NCBI RefSeq assembly: GCF_963921235.1
Contig: NC_086108.1
Coordinates: forward strand, 43,898,001 to 43,962,000
Origin: Mobula hypostoma
Lineage: Eukaryota
Direction: 5' to 3'
DNA length: 64,000 nucleotides
In this document: piece after piece, positions 51,074 through 63,856 of the stretch
How positions within the stretch are numbered: the first letter of the stretch is position 1
Layout: each line of letters begins with the position of its first letter
Program-made: the position numbers and the translations under genes
The notes under the pieces: generated by a model
What the model was told of the DNA's origin: nothing
Databases searched by the model: none
The model's input: only the letters and a program-made list of their open reading frames with translations

Positions 51074-52510
51074 TTACGACTGGCAGATGTGTTTACAGAC
51101 ATTTTTAATCTTTCCCTCTCCCAGTGTAAAGTGTCCTCCTGCTTCAAAACATCCACCATTATCCCTGTAACCAAAATGACCAAGGTAACATGTCTGAACA
51201 ACTGGCGTGCTGTCGCACTCACCTCAATAATAAGCAAATGCTTTGAGAGGCTGGTCGAGGACTACATCTGCAGCGTGCTACCACTCACACTGGACCCCCT
51301 ACAATTCACCTACCGACAAAACCGATCAACAGATGACGCAATAGCCACAGCTCTACACACCATCCTTGCACATCTGGAGAAGAAGGGTGCTTATGTGAAA
51401 ATGCTATTCTTGGTCTACAGTTCAGCATTCAATACCATAATTCCTTCCAGGCTCGACAAGAAGCTCAGAGACCTTGGCCTTCACCCTGGCTTTGTATAGC
51501 TGGATCCTGGGCTTCCTGTCAAACTGCTGGGATGTGGTAAGACTGGGCTCCCTCACCTCTGCTCCTCTGACCCTCAAAATAGGTGCCCCTCAGGGCTATG
51601 TCCTAAGCCCCCTCCTTTACTCTTTGTATACCAATGACTGTGTCACCACCCACAGCACCAATCTGCTCATTAAATTTGCTGATGACGCTACACTGATTGG
51701 CCTAATCTCAAATATTAATGAGACAGCCTACAAGGAAGAAGTCATCACTCTGACACAGTGGTGTCAAGAAAACAACTTCTCCTTCAATTTCGCAAAAACA
51801 AAGGAGCTGGTTGTGGACTACAGGGGGAATGGAGACAGGCTCACCCCTATTGATATCAATGGATCTGTGGTTGAGAGGGTGAACAGCTTTAAGTTATTCC
51901 ACATAAACATCACTGAGGCTCTCACCTGGTCTGTACGTACCAGCTGTGTGGTGAAAAAGGCACAACAGCACCTCTTTTCACCTTAGACTGTTGAAGTTCG
52001 GTATGGGCCTCCAAATCCTAAGAACTTTCTACAGGGTCACAATTGAGAGCATCCTGACTGGCTGCATCACTGCCTGGTATGGGAACTGTACTTCCCTCAA
52101 TCGCAGGACTCTACAGAGAGAGGTGTAGACAGCCCAACTCATCTGTAGCTGTGAACTTCCCATTATTCAGGACACTTACAAAGACAGGTGTGTAAAAAGG
52201 GCCCAGAGGATCATTGGGGACCTGAGTCACCCCGACCGCAAACTGTTCCAGCTGCTACCATCCGGGAAACGGTACTGCAGCATAAAAGCCAGGACCAACA
52301 GGCTCCGAGACAGCTTCTTCCACCAGGCCATCAGACTGATTAATTCATGCTGCCACAACTGTATTCCTATGTTATATTGACTGCCCTGTTGTACATTCTA
52401 ATTTATTATAAATTACTATAAATTGCACAGTTAGACGGAGACGTAACATAAAGGTTTTTACTCCTCATGTATATGAAGGATGTAAGTAATAAAATCCATT
52501 CAATTCAATA
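51074..52510 (+). mobile_element. Rex1/Babar-type LINE inserted in the Gypsy 5' LTR
   Basis: Peptides [40 protein letters not shown]; tail aataaaatccattcaattcaa. Confidence 0.85.
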
Positions 52511-53075
52511 CATTCACACATATTTGAGCATTGCCTTTTCATTCTGCTGAGTGTACATACTTCAGTGTCTTCTCTCGGTATGTTCTTATAATGGGCTCTA
52601 AACAGAGCTGATGTGCTTGAGGTGGCTTTATGGTGCCTTTCCCACCATACACAGTTCTTTAGTAAGGGGATGTTTAAAAGTGTATATGTTGTTTGTGTAC
52701 TGTATTTGAGGTAGATACTTCTGTTTATTTTGTAATATGATTGTAACTTCATAATATTCAAATTCATGTGTAGCCTTAAGTTAACTTTGTGGGTAGTTAA
52801 AGATGGTATGTCCTGGTGCCTTAAAAAAAGTGGGACTCATTGCTTCCAGTAGGAGAGGGAGATTGGAGCTGCCAGGAGTTAACACTGGACAAAATAGTAT
52901 GGAGCTAATATTCTGTTTTCTGGTTGATAGCTTTTTGTAAATATTGGCAGTTTTCATTATTTTCACTAACTTTTGTAAGTTTTTTTATTTGATGCACCTA
53001 ACAAATACCCATTCACTAAAGTGCCAAGTGGCTCCAGCCATTTTTCCTTCAGTCATAACTCACATATCTAACATA

Positions 53076-53093
53076 TGGTGGCAGCGGTGGGAT
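53076..53093 (+). other. Primer-binding site complementary to the tRNA-Leu 3' end
   Basis: TGGTGGCAGCGGTGGGAT lies 2 nt after the LTR CA end and is the reverse complement of the vertebrate tRNA-Leu(AAG/TAG) 3' end ATCCCACCGCTGCCACCA. Confidence 0.82.
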
Positions 53094-55615
53094 GGCCAGT
53101 CGCAAAAGGTTGTGTTCAACTTTGACAAGAGTGGGATTACAGCCCCAAGTCAGGAAACCTCCAAGACTAAAAATAAAGCAGATGCCTGGGGAACAGCAGA
53201 GACCCCAGTGGATGAAGAACTTCAGCCCAGGGCCAAACTCAGGCCAGAAGCAGAAGGGCCTTCAAGTGGCACCACCTCCAAACCCACTCTGGAAAATCTG
53301 TTCAGAGACTTTTTTGTCTGCCTAACAGAGGAGAGATAATGCTTTTAGAAAGGAGCTTCAAAGCCTGCAGAAGGGCTCCAAGGTGTAGTCTTATCAACAA
53401 GATGATGATGTTCTGAACTCTCTCCTCAGATTCAAGATGATGGCCCAGATATGGCAATGGCCAGAGGAGGAGTGGGTCTGCAAGCTCGTGCCACTACTGA
53501 CTGGTAAAGGTCTTGAAGCCTGTGCTGTAATGAATGAAGAAATTTCCAACGACTGTCCTGACCTAAAGGAGGTGCTGCTGGCTAAATTTGATATTGTGAC
53601 AGAAACCTATTGTCAACACTTCCGTTCCAGCCCCCTACCATGAGGAGAGTTGCCCCCTGAGATGTATCATCGCTTGAAGGGTCTCTACTACTGATGGATT
53701 CGACCAGAGTACAAGTACAGAAGGAGATTGGTGAGGCCTTTGTTCTGGAGCTTCGACTGTGGGTTCTTCCTCCAGATGCCAGAACAAGGGTCTGAGAGCA
53801 TGAGCCAGCGGATGGACTCACTGTGGCCTGACGTGCCCTGCAGTACCTCAGTGCTTGCAAGGGGGTGTCATTGCGGCCATTATTTCGAAGCAACAAAGAC
53901 TCTAACACTTCAAGGGACTCTCAGGGTAACTGCAGAATTGGGTAGTGGGAAAAAACAAGGGCAAAGAACCTTTGATAGTTGCTTCTAAGACTTTTATTTA
54001 CATTTTCAGCAGCCAGATCATAAGTCCTCTGAATGTCCTCTCAAGAAGCCCAAACTGTCAGCTGTCTGCTATGTACCAAGAGGGAGAATGTGACAATGAC
54101 AATAATGACTGTAATGGTTGTGAATACGGTAATAAAAAAGAAGCAGAATATGAGGAGAATGAGCCCATGTTTATAATAGTCAGTTAATGGAAAACCTGTT
54201 TAAGCTCTTTAGATTATGGCAGATCACTGTCATTTATTTTAAAAAAATCTTGCGCCTTCCTTTGGTGTTGACTATAGTCACCAAACACCTGTGCAATGTG
54301 TCCATGGTGACTGGAAGTCTAAGCCACTAGCAGAACTCACTATTGTGCTGAACGACCATAGGTACTTGAAGGTGTGGGGTGCCGGAGAAACTACCAATTG
54401 ACATGATTCTGAGGAGAGATTTGCCTGTGTCACATGAGTTGCCGAGGAAGAGGAATAGTCAATCACATTCATCTATTAATGCAGGAGTAGAACATGCTCT
54501 TTCGTACTTTGGCATGACTCGTGCTAAAACCAAAACCATGGCTGGGTTACAATCTCTACCAGACTTGAATGCTAGTCTGTGCGAGGGAGAAACCAAAAAG
54601 CCTAGAAGTCACGCTAGCAATGGTGCCCATGGAAATATGCTGGTTCTCCTGTATCTGTTGATATTTGTACAGATGATGTACTTATTGATGGTGGAGGCCT
54701 GGGAAGGTTGACCTCTCCCATCTCAATGACCACTGATCATTGGAGCTGCAGAAGGTGCTTACTGACTTTTCACAGCTGTTCCAGCTGAGACCAGGACTGA
54801 CAAAGCTCCTAAAACATTCCACCAAGATCAGACCTGACCAGAGTTCAGTACACCAACACTGCTACAGAGCACTAGAGCAACCTGTGGGGACACTGAAGGA
54901 TGAGATTCGGACCATGCTGGAGCTGGGAGTCAGTGAGCCTTCAAATAGTGAGTGGAGCAGTTCCATCCTTATCATCCCCAAGAAGGATGGCATCCTGAGG
55001 GTGTGCATTGATTTCCAGAAGTTAAATGCCATTTCTTTATTTGATGCTTGTCCTATGCCCTGCATTGATGACCTACTGGAAAGGATTAGACGGGGATAGT
55101 AGCATTTTTACACTGGATCTTAGTAACGGTTAATGGCAGGTTCCCCTGTTTGACCAGTCAAAACCTCTCACTGCCTTCTGCACACCCCTGGGTCTATTTT
55201 GATTTACCATGATGTCCTTTGGTCCTCATGGTGCCTTCCAGCAGCTGATGGACTGGGTGCTGCAAGGCTGTGAGGACTGCAGTGCAGCCTATCTAGATGA
55301 TGTGGTTGTCAGAACACCTGGAACATCTGCACAGTGTCCTGGAGAATATTCATGTTGCCAGTCTCACCCTCAATCTACAAAAATGTGAGTGGGCAAAAAG
55401 AGAAACCAGATACCTTGGCTACCAGCTGGGACACGGAGACGTTCAAACATAGGTGGACAAAGTGGAATTGATCTGTTACAGTCCTTGATATCCTGACCTT
55501 GTACTAAGAAGGAAGTGAAGTCCTTCCTGGGTCTGGTCTGGTGGTATTGTAGATTCATTCCCCAATTTGCCACTCTGGCTGCACTTCCAACTATTCTTAC
55601 TGAGAAGCTTATAGG

Positions 55616-57170
55616 TGAGAAGCTACAGGTGAGAAGACAGCTGAAACGTCTCATCCCAAGCAAGGCTACAGGACCGGATGGTGTCAGTACCAGGGTGCTC
55701 AAAGCCTGTGCCCCTCAGCTATGTGGAGTACTTCACCATGTATTTAACCTGAGCCTGAGGCTCCGGAGGGTTCCTGTGCTGTGGAAGACGTCCTGCCTCG
55801 TCCCTGTGCTGAAGACGCCGCGCCCCAGCGGCCTCAATGACTACAGACCGGTGGCATTGACCTCCCACATCATGAAGACCCTGGAGAGACTTGTTCTGGA
55901 GCTGCTCCGGCCTATGGTCAGGCCACACTTAGAGCCCCTCCAGTTCGCCTACCAGCCCCGACTAGGAGTTGAGGATGCCATCGTCTACCTGCTGAACCAT
56001 GTCTACGCCCACCTGGACAAGCCAGCGAGCACTGTGAGGGTCATGTTTTTTGACTTCTCCAGTGCGTTCAACACCATCCGCCCTGCTCTGCTGGGGGAGA
56101 AGCTGACAGTGATGCAGGTGGATGCTTCCCTGGTGTCATGGATCATTGATTACCTGACTGGCAGACCACAGTACGTGTGCTTGCAACACTGTGTGTCCGA
56201 CAGAATGATCAGCAGCACTGGGGCTCCACAGGGGACTGTCTTGTTTCCCTTTCTCTTCACCACATACACCTTGGACTTCAACTACTGCACAGAGTCTTGT
56301 CATCTTCAGAAGTTTTCGGATGACTCTGCCATAGTTGGATGCATCAGCAAGGGAGATGAGGCTGAGTACAGGGCTACGGTAGGAAACTTTGTTACATGGT
56401 GTGAGCAGAATTACCTGCAGCGTAATGTGAAAAAGACTAAGGAGCTGGTGGTAAACTTGAGGAGAGCTAAGGTACCAGTGACTCCTGTTTCCATCCAGGG
56501 GTCTTTGTGAACATGGTGGAGGATTACAAATACCTGGGGATACGAATTGACAATAAACTGGACTGGTCAAAGAACACTGAGGCTGTCTACAAGAAGGGTC
56601 GGAGCCGTCTGTATTTCCTGAGGAGACTGAGGTCCTTTAACATCTGCCGGACGATGCTGAGGATGTTCTTCAAGTCTGTGGTGGCCAGTGCTATCATGTT
56701 TGCTGTTGTGTGCTGGGGCAGCAGGCTGAGGGTAGCAGACACCAACAGAATCAACAAACTCATTCGTAAGGCCAGTGATGTTGTGGGGATGGATCTGGAC
56801 TCTCTCACGGTGGTGTCTGAAAAGAGGATGCTGTCCAAGTTGCATGCCATCTTGGTCAATGTCTCCCATCCACTATATAATGTACTGGGTGGACACAGGA
56901 GTACATTCAGCCAGAGACTCATTCCACCGAGATGCAACACAGAGCGTCATAGGAAGTCATTCCTGCCTGTGGCCATCAAACTTTACAACTCCTCCCTTGG
57001 AGGGTCAGACACCCTGAACCAATAGGCTGGTCCTGGACTTATTTCATAATTTACTGGCATAATTTACATATTACTATTTAACTATTTATGGTTCTATTAC
57101 TACTTATTATTTATGGTGCAACTGTAACGAAAACCAATTTCCCCCGGGATTAATAAAGTATGACTATGAC
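55616..57170 (+). mobile_element. Young Rex1/Babar LINE inserted between Gypsy RT and RNase H
   Basis: Nearly intact RT (one frameshift near 56505), (TATGAC)n tail, apparent TSD TATAGG (55610-55615 / 57171-57176). Confidence 0.9.
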
Positions 57171-58012
57171 TATAGGCAACCCATTGAGGCAGACAAGTGA
57201 GTGCAAAAATGCTTTTCAAGACCTTAAAGCTCAGATATGTTCTTCACTTGTCCTTCAGAGCCCAGACTTTGACAAATGGCTCCTTGTCCAGGTGGATGCC
57301 TCAAGAGTAGGCATTGGAACAGGAGAACCTGGAGAAAAGCGACCTGTCCTTTACCCGAGCTGAAAACTCCCCACTCGGGAAGCCAGGTGTTGCACCATTG
57401 AAAACGCGTGCCTGGCCATTAAGTGTGCCCTTGACAGCCTCTGGTACTACCTTCTTGGTAGGGAGTTTGATTTTTACACAGACCACAGAGCATTGACATG
57501 GATTCAGACAATGAAGGACACAGTGGTACCTGGAGCTCCAACCCTTCAAATTCTGTGCCCACCATAAAGCAGGGAAAGGAAGTGTTTCTGCAGACTACCT
57601 GTTTCAGTGGATGAACATTGTCACCATAGGAGAGGAGGGTGGTAATGTGATGGAGAGCACTCAGTAAACGCAGTCCTTATACATGCACATACACACGCAC
57701 TCACTCACACACACACTACCTTATCATTCTGCTGTTGTTGCGCTGACTGTACACATTACTATGTCTTCTCCAGTATATTCTCATAATGGGTTCTAAACAG
57801 AGCTGATGTACTCGAGTTGGCTTTATGATGTCTTTCCCGCCATACACGGCGGAATGTTCTATTTTTTTTTAGTAAGGGGATGTGTAAATGTGTATATATT
57901 GTTTGTATATTGTATTTAAGGAAGTTTTTGACTCACCTAATAAACACCTGTGTGCTGTAGTGCTAAGCGACTCCAGCCATTTTTTCCTTTGGTCATAATC
58001 CACATATATAAC

Positions 58013-58234
58013 GCCGGCTGGTGGCGTAGTGGCATCAGTGCTGGACTTTGGGGCGGAAGGTCCCGAGTTCGAATCCAGCTGGCTCCCGTGCATGCTTTTC
58101 ATCCGTGCTGGGTTGAGCGTCGAGCTAGCAACTCGACCTCGTAAAAAAGAAATTGCCTGCTACAAAAACATCAACAGCAAAAGTTGATAGTCTATGCTCC
58201 CTCGTGAGTTGAAAGGCAATTTCTCTCTTTTTCT
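58013..58234 (+). mobile_element. tRNA-derived SINE
   Basis: Pol III box A TGGCGTAGTGG (58022-58032) and box B GAGTTCGAATCC (58065-58076); pyrimidine tail; 12-bp TSD CACATATATAAC (58001-58012 / 58235-58246). Confidence 0.85.
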
Positions 58235-58675
58235 CACATATATAACACCTGGGAAAGTGGTGGAAGTAGATACAATAGTAATGTTTAACTTGGTGCCATC
58301 CTGCACTCATAGTTGTCAATAGAAAACATTATTTTGTTTTCTAATATTTGTCTAAGTTTCTTTATTAGACAAGAGCTTTGCGCCAATAGTACTATCATCT
58401 TGGATTTGGGGAAGAAATCAGAATCAAACTATTTATCATGTATACTTCATGGTATCATAAATCAATTGTAAATTTCTTAAAGAATCAAGGAGCATAGTTT
58501 ATCAAGTCTTTGATACTTTGGCTGATGGATGAAAATATAATCCGTCTTGTGTATGATTGAAGGAGAAGGGGAAAAAGTCTGTGTGGGATTTCAGTTAGTA
58601 ACCAACTATTTGAAATGGGTGCTCTAATTTAAAGAAAAAGCAGGATTGTATGATGAATGTAATGCTTAAAGAAAA

Positions 58676-59190
58676 AATCAGAATCAGGTTTATTATCACC
58701 AACATGTGACGTGAAATTCGTTAACTTAGCAGCAGCAGTTCAATGCAATACATAATCTAGCAGAGAGAGAAAATAATAATAAATAGAACAAAACATAATA
58801 ATAAGTAAATCAATTATGTGTATTGAATAGATTTTTTAAATGTGCAAAAACAGAAACACCATATATTGAAAAAAGTGAGGTAGTGTCCAAAGCTTCAGTG
58901 TCCATTTAGGAATCAGATGGCAGAGAGAAAGAAGCTGTTCCTGAATCACTGAGTGTGTGTCTTCAGACTTCTGTATCTCCTGCCTGATGGTAACAGTGAG
59001 AAAAGGGCATGCCCTGGGTGCTGGAGGTCCTTAACAATGGATGCTGCCTTTCTGAGACACCGCTCCCTAAAGATGTCCTGGGTACTTTGTAGGCTAGTGC
59101 ACAAGATGGAGCTGACTAGATTTACAACCTTCTGCAGCTTCTTTTGGTCCTGTGCAGTAGCCCCTCTATACCAGACAGTGAGGCAGCCTG
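58676..59190 (-). mobile_element. Rex-like LINE 3' end with (CTGATT)n tail
   Basis: Reverse-complement match to 33942-34409; peptide GCLTVWYRGATAQDQKKLQKVV. Confidence 0.8.
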
Positions 59191-61654
59191 ATGCAGATAG
59201 CTGGTGCTCATTGAATTGTACTTTAGCAGCTGTTTTTATATGGTATGGGAGCAAACAATGCTGTACTGGCAGATCTCAGAATGTAAAAATGAAAAACAAA
59301 AGGCAAAAACAAAAAATGGTTATTACATTTTCTATCTTCATGCAATTAATTGAAATTTCAAGGAGCCTTTGTAAATGCCTATTTTGGTTTTTTCATAAAC
59401 CAGAAATCATCTGTATGCTAATGCTGTGAAGGAATCAGATTGTGAAAGCTATTCTTCATTGTCTGCAATGAAACAGAACATTTCTGTTGTAAAACTTGGT
59501 ATTTTTTCTACTTCTTCAGGACACACTGGTTCATCTTAGACATAGCTTTTTTTTATCATTGCCAGTTCTCTTGGAGAACTTTTTTTTTGCTTTGTTAGCA
59601 TTGCTTTACAGAAGATTCTGTTAGATGCTGTCTGTCATGCTGTTTTTGGAGGCCACATTTTGTGGAAAAAAATAGCAACAAATCTAGGCTCTGATCCAAT
59701 GTAAAAGCCTTTTTGTTCTTGGTGAATGTTGTGAATCGCTTTGAAAAGCTTTGCATTCTTTTCGTTCCATTTTGAATTGGTCACAGCCACACTGACCTCT
59801 GGTTTCTATCAGCGAGTTGGATAGGCTTTTGTTCGATACTCCTCTGTGATACTTCGAGGAGACAAAGCAAAGTCTGAAATGAAGAACAGTTTTGTAGGTC
59901 CAAGCTTTTCTGCATGACCTACAGAAACCACTGTACTAAATTCCAAAAATTATTTCAGCAGGTTTTATTGAGCCGATCTGTTCTTAAAACTGTATGAAAT
60001 ATGCAAATTTCTTTCTATGAAGGAAAATTTTAAAATTTTTCAAAAATTAGCTTGTGATTTAAAATCTTGAAGTTTACTACTTAAACCAGTGCTCAGGGAG
60101 CTCCCTTTGTTAGAACCTAATCCTTGAGCTCTGTATCTTTCATAAACACCTGATAATAACAGTAGATATTGTTCAACATTTACAATTAAATTGTTGACAG
60201 AAATTTATACAAATATTTCCACCCATTTTTGCATCCCATAACAGCTAGGAATCGGTCACAAGATATTTTTCAGAGAGAAAAGGTTTGATGAACCCTATTA
60301 ATGTGGTATAATATATGCCAGAAATGCATCATTTTCACAGCTGGAGTTCCTATTGAAGAAGGCTACAATTCCTTATATAAAATAAATGGTTTCTAAGGAA
60401 GCTGTGTGGAACATAGCATCTGAAAACAATTTGTTTGGTAATGGGAAATGCTTTAGACAACGGTGGGAAAGAATCAGCTGAAAAGAAATGATTCGTGAGT
60501 TGGCAGCAAATTCGCAATGGCTTTTGCCTGTGTGTGTTCTACAATGCCTTTTATAAAGTGACTGCATTAAATGTGCATTCATTAATTGTCCCAACAAGTA
60601 CACTACTGTGTTGCCTGCAAAGGCATTCCACTCTTCCATCCAAAATGTGTAACCAGACTTAAAAAAAAGTTCACCTTCCTTATTTCATGCTAACTTAAAT
60701 CACTGTATATTGTACAAAGAATTAATAAAGATTGAATCTTCATTAGTATTGGTCATATAGTGAATCTAGGATGAGATCTAGTTCAACATTTTAGGGTTGC
60801 TATAGAAAAGTTTGATGTTGATTTACAAGTTGGTGAAGATAGATTGTGAGCTAGAAATAGAATAGGAGAAGTGAGCAATAGCTTCCTCTGAGTCTGGTGC
60901 CTTGACAATGGTTTTTAAGAGTGAAATCAGGAAAGAGTTGTTTATATTAAATCAGAAGAAATATTGAGTAAAATTGTTTGAGCAACAGAAAGAAAGGTTA
61001 TACATATTGCCATTGTCAATAGATGGTTTTCAGGACCAACTATAGGACAAACAGAGACTGAGAATAGTGTAAATGGTTGTAAATGAAAAGATTATTTTGA
61101 ATTAAATCAGTTAGTGGTCAGTATATGTCAATGAAAGCAAGGGTGATGGGCAAGCATGTTAATGTGGGCTTCCATCTTGCGAGGATTTGGGAGAAAGTCT
61201 TAACAGAAAATGTTAGGTTTTGGTTAGTATTATAAATTTTCTTATTGAGAAAACATTCAATCCTGTCATGAAATATGGCTGTCAGAGTTCATATGCACGA
61301 TGGCAGAGCAACGGGAACCTCTGAAACAATTCAGGAGAAAGGAGGAAGTGAAGACGAAGTTAGAAAAGCAGTAAGTGAAATAAATAGATAGCAAAACAAA
61401 ACTGAGCAGCAGAGTGGGTTAAACTACGGAAAAAATGTTATCGTGGCAAAATTAAAGGCACTGTATTGGAATGATTGTAGGGTTCACAGTGAGGTAAATT
61501 AATTGATGACACAAATTGAAGTAAGTGGGTATAATTGTATTGTCTTTATAAAATTGCCAAATATAACAGTAGATCTGGGGATTGGGGTAATCTTAAAGGA
61601 CTACAAAATTGATAAAGGTTTGAGAGTACGGTTTATTTTGTACAGCTTTGATCA

Positions 61655-62180
61655 CTTTACCTAAGAAAGGATTTAAATGCCATAGAAGGAGAACAACTTA
61701 GATTTGCTGAACAGATTTCAGGATGGCACATACTCCATAAGGAGAGAAACTGAATAGACTTGGGGTGTGTTTTTTTGGAATTTCGCGGCACGAGAAGAGA
61801 TCTCACTGAAATCTGCATAATTCTGAAAGAGCTTGACAGGTTAGTATGGGGAGGATGATTTCCCTGATTGAGGAGTTCAGTACGGGGGATGAACAGAGAG
61901 AGAATAAATGGTAACCAATTAAGGACTGAGATGAGGAGAAATTTCTTCAAAAGCATAGTGAGCAGTTGGCATACTCTTTCCCAGCAGGGTATGGAAGTTG
62001 TATCTTTGTGTTTGTTCAAAACTGAGATTGACAGATTTTTAGAGTTTAAGGGAGTCAAAGGGCATGGGTATAGTTATGGAAAATGATCCTGGGGTGTCTG
62101 CTCAGTCATGATATTAATGAATAATGGAGCAGGCTCAAAGATCCAAATGGTCTACTCTGTTCCTGTTTCTTCTGTTCTTA
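61655..62180 (+). mobile_element. Old CR1 3' end
   Basis: Peptide LRTEMRRNFFKSIVSSWHTL...FKTEIDRFL and CR1-type 3' UTR. Confidence 0.7.
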
Positions 62181-62629
62181 GGAGAATGAGGTATTCAGTC
62201 TTTAACAAAAGAGATGTCTGTGGATGCAGATGGTCCACTTCATGTTCCAGATGCAAAACTATTTTGCAGCACTGTGTACTTCCAGTTTGACAAGCACATT
62301 CCAATTTATAAAGTTTCCAGCCCAAGCAGTAATTCAATTCTGACCTGTTTACCTAAGAGTAAGCTTTGAAGAAACATGTCTGCATCTTGCCAGAAAATGA
62401 ACATATGCTATATAGCATAATCCTGTTGCAGTGTAAAGCAGAGTAAAATCCAACTCTGAAGGTCACCAAAACAAAAGCTAAGACTGGAAAATTATTTCTT
62501 GTAGGGTCATGTTGATTTGGCAGAGCTTTTGGGATGGCTCTCAGAAAAAAAAATACTGAGATGAATACCTACTTATAATAGTTGTGCCCATATATGTTAC
62601 AGTTTAAGGTTAATTTGTCATTTTCTTCT

Positions 62630-62920
62630 CAGAAACAGGCCTTTAGGTCCACTCAGTCTAGGCTAACCATCAAGCAAATCCAACTATATTTTTCCCCACA
62701 TTCCCAACTTTTCTCTAATTCAACCACTCACCTGAATTTTAAAGGCAATTTGTGGAGGCCAATAAACCATTCTTTATGGGAGGAAAGCAGTGCATCTGGA
62801 GGAAACGCATGTGGCCACATAGTGAAAGTGTGAGATTCGTGCAGACTGCATTGGATGTTACGACTGATCCATGTCACTGGTGTTGAGAAGCAAAAGCACT
62901 TCTAGCTGTGTCATTGTAGT
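62630..62920 (-). mobile_element. Decayed SINE (V-SINE-like)
   Basis: ggcaatttgtggaggccaataaacc...tgggaggaaagcagtgcatctggaggaaacgcatgtggccaca; by-eye similarity only. Confidence 0.45.
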
Positions 62921-63589
62921 TACAAAATACTACAATCATTCTGTGATTCTAGATTGAAATTAATTTTAGCAATTATTTCTTTGTCAATTTACTCCCAAAC
63001 TATTTTGCACAAACTTTGCCCATGTAAGTCATAATCTGGGTGATCTCTTCCTCCCCCCCCCCACTTCATATCTGATGTATGTACACGTGTTTATATATCA
63101 CACATTTAATATTGCCTACCATTTTAGGAAGGGCATTGATGAGAATGGGTGCACAATATGAATTTAATATCCCAACTCCCAACTCGAGCAATCATTAGGG
63201 TTTGACCCTTGTCATCAGCCATATGGGAACCAAGCTATGCAGCTCAATGCAGGGAGGAGGAAAGGAGGAGAAGTCACAGCCCCTTTCAGGCCCACTGTCT
63301 GTGGCCAACTTCTCAGATTGTACAGCAGTCCCAAAAAGTTTAATAAAGCAACAGTTCACATTCCTTTTATTGCTAGACAGAATCCACTGAATAAAGTGCT
63401 GAGTATTCCAAAATAAACTTGTATATCAACACCAGTTAAAGTCAACTGATCACTCCCATGTATTCCATTTGTTTACTGTTCTCACACTATGCTGCTGGAA
63501 GGCTGATGGCTGTCAGTGGAGGAGACTGCGGACGGGCTCAGAAGACAACCTTACACAGCTCTAGCCCTCAAGCCCTGGAAGGCCCATAT

Positions 63590-63856
63590 TTGGGCTGCTC
63601 GCCATCCGATCCAGGACATGCCTTCTGCTCATTACTACCACTAGAGAGGAAGTACTGGAGCCTAAAGACCCACTCTTGACATTTTGGGAACAGCTTCTTC
63701 CCTTCTGCTATCAGATTTCTGAATGGTCCGTCAACATTACCTCACTTTCCTCTTTTGCACAATTTTTTATTGTGACTTCCAGTAATGTGTTCTGTCTGCA
63801 CTGTGCTGCTGCACAAAACGACAAATGTCAGTGACAATAAACCTGATTCTGATTTC
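63590..63856 (+). mobile_element. Rex-like LINE 3' end
   Basis: Peptide DPGHAFCSLLPLERKYWSLKTH; tail gacaataaacctgattctgatt. Confidence 0.7.

Larger units (their letters stand above)
51055..58247 (+). mobile_element. Decayed Gypsy LTR retrotransposon of Gmr1-like organisation, with three nested insertions, inserted in a CR1
   Basis: TSD CCTG (51051-51054 / 58248-58251). 5' LTR ends at 53073, 3' LTR starts at 57646 after a PPT. Gag WVCKLVPLLTGKGLEA...ETYCQHFR, protease-like ALLDYG, RT LRVCIDFQKLNA and YLDD, RNase H VQVDASRVGIG. Confidence 0.85.

Noticed and set aside
55515..56510. 331-aa ORF as a host gene
   Set aside because: Gypsy pol fragment fused to an inserted Rex1/Babar RT; both are truncated.
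58013..58090. tRNA gene
   Set aside because: A and B boxes are present but there is no clean cloverleaf or terminator; it continues into a body and tail flanked by a 12-bp TSD, so it is a SINE.
59500..59540. Strong-looking acceptor (ttttttctacttcttcag) as AKR exon 2
   Set aside because: Phase-1 translation gives GHTGSS then a stop, with no AKR similarity. Other acceptors tested (near 28687, 33857, 59897, 60340, 62504) also failed.
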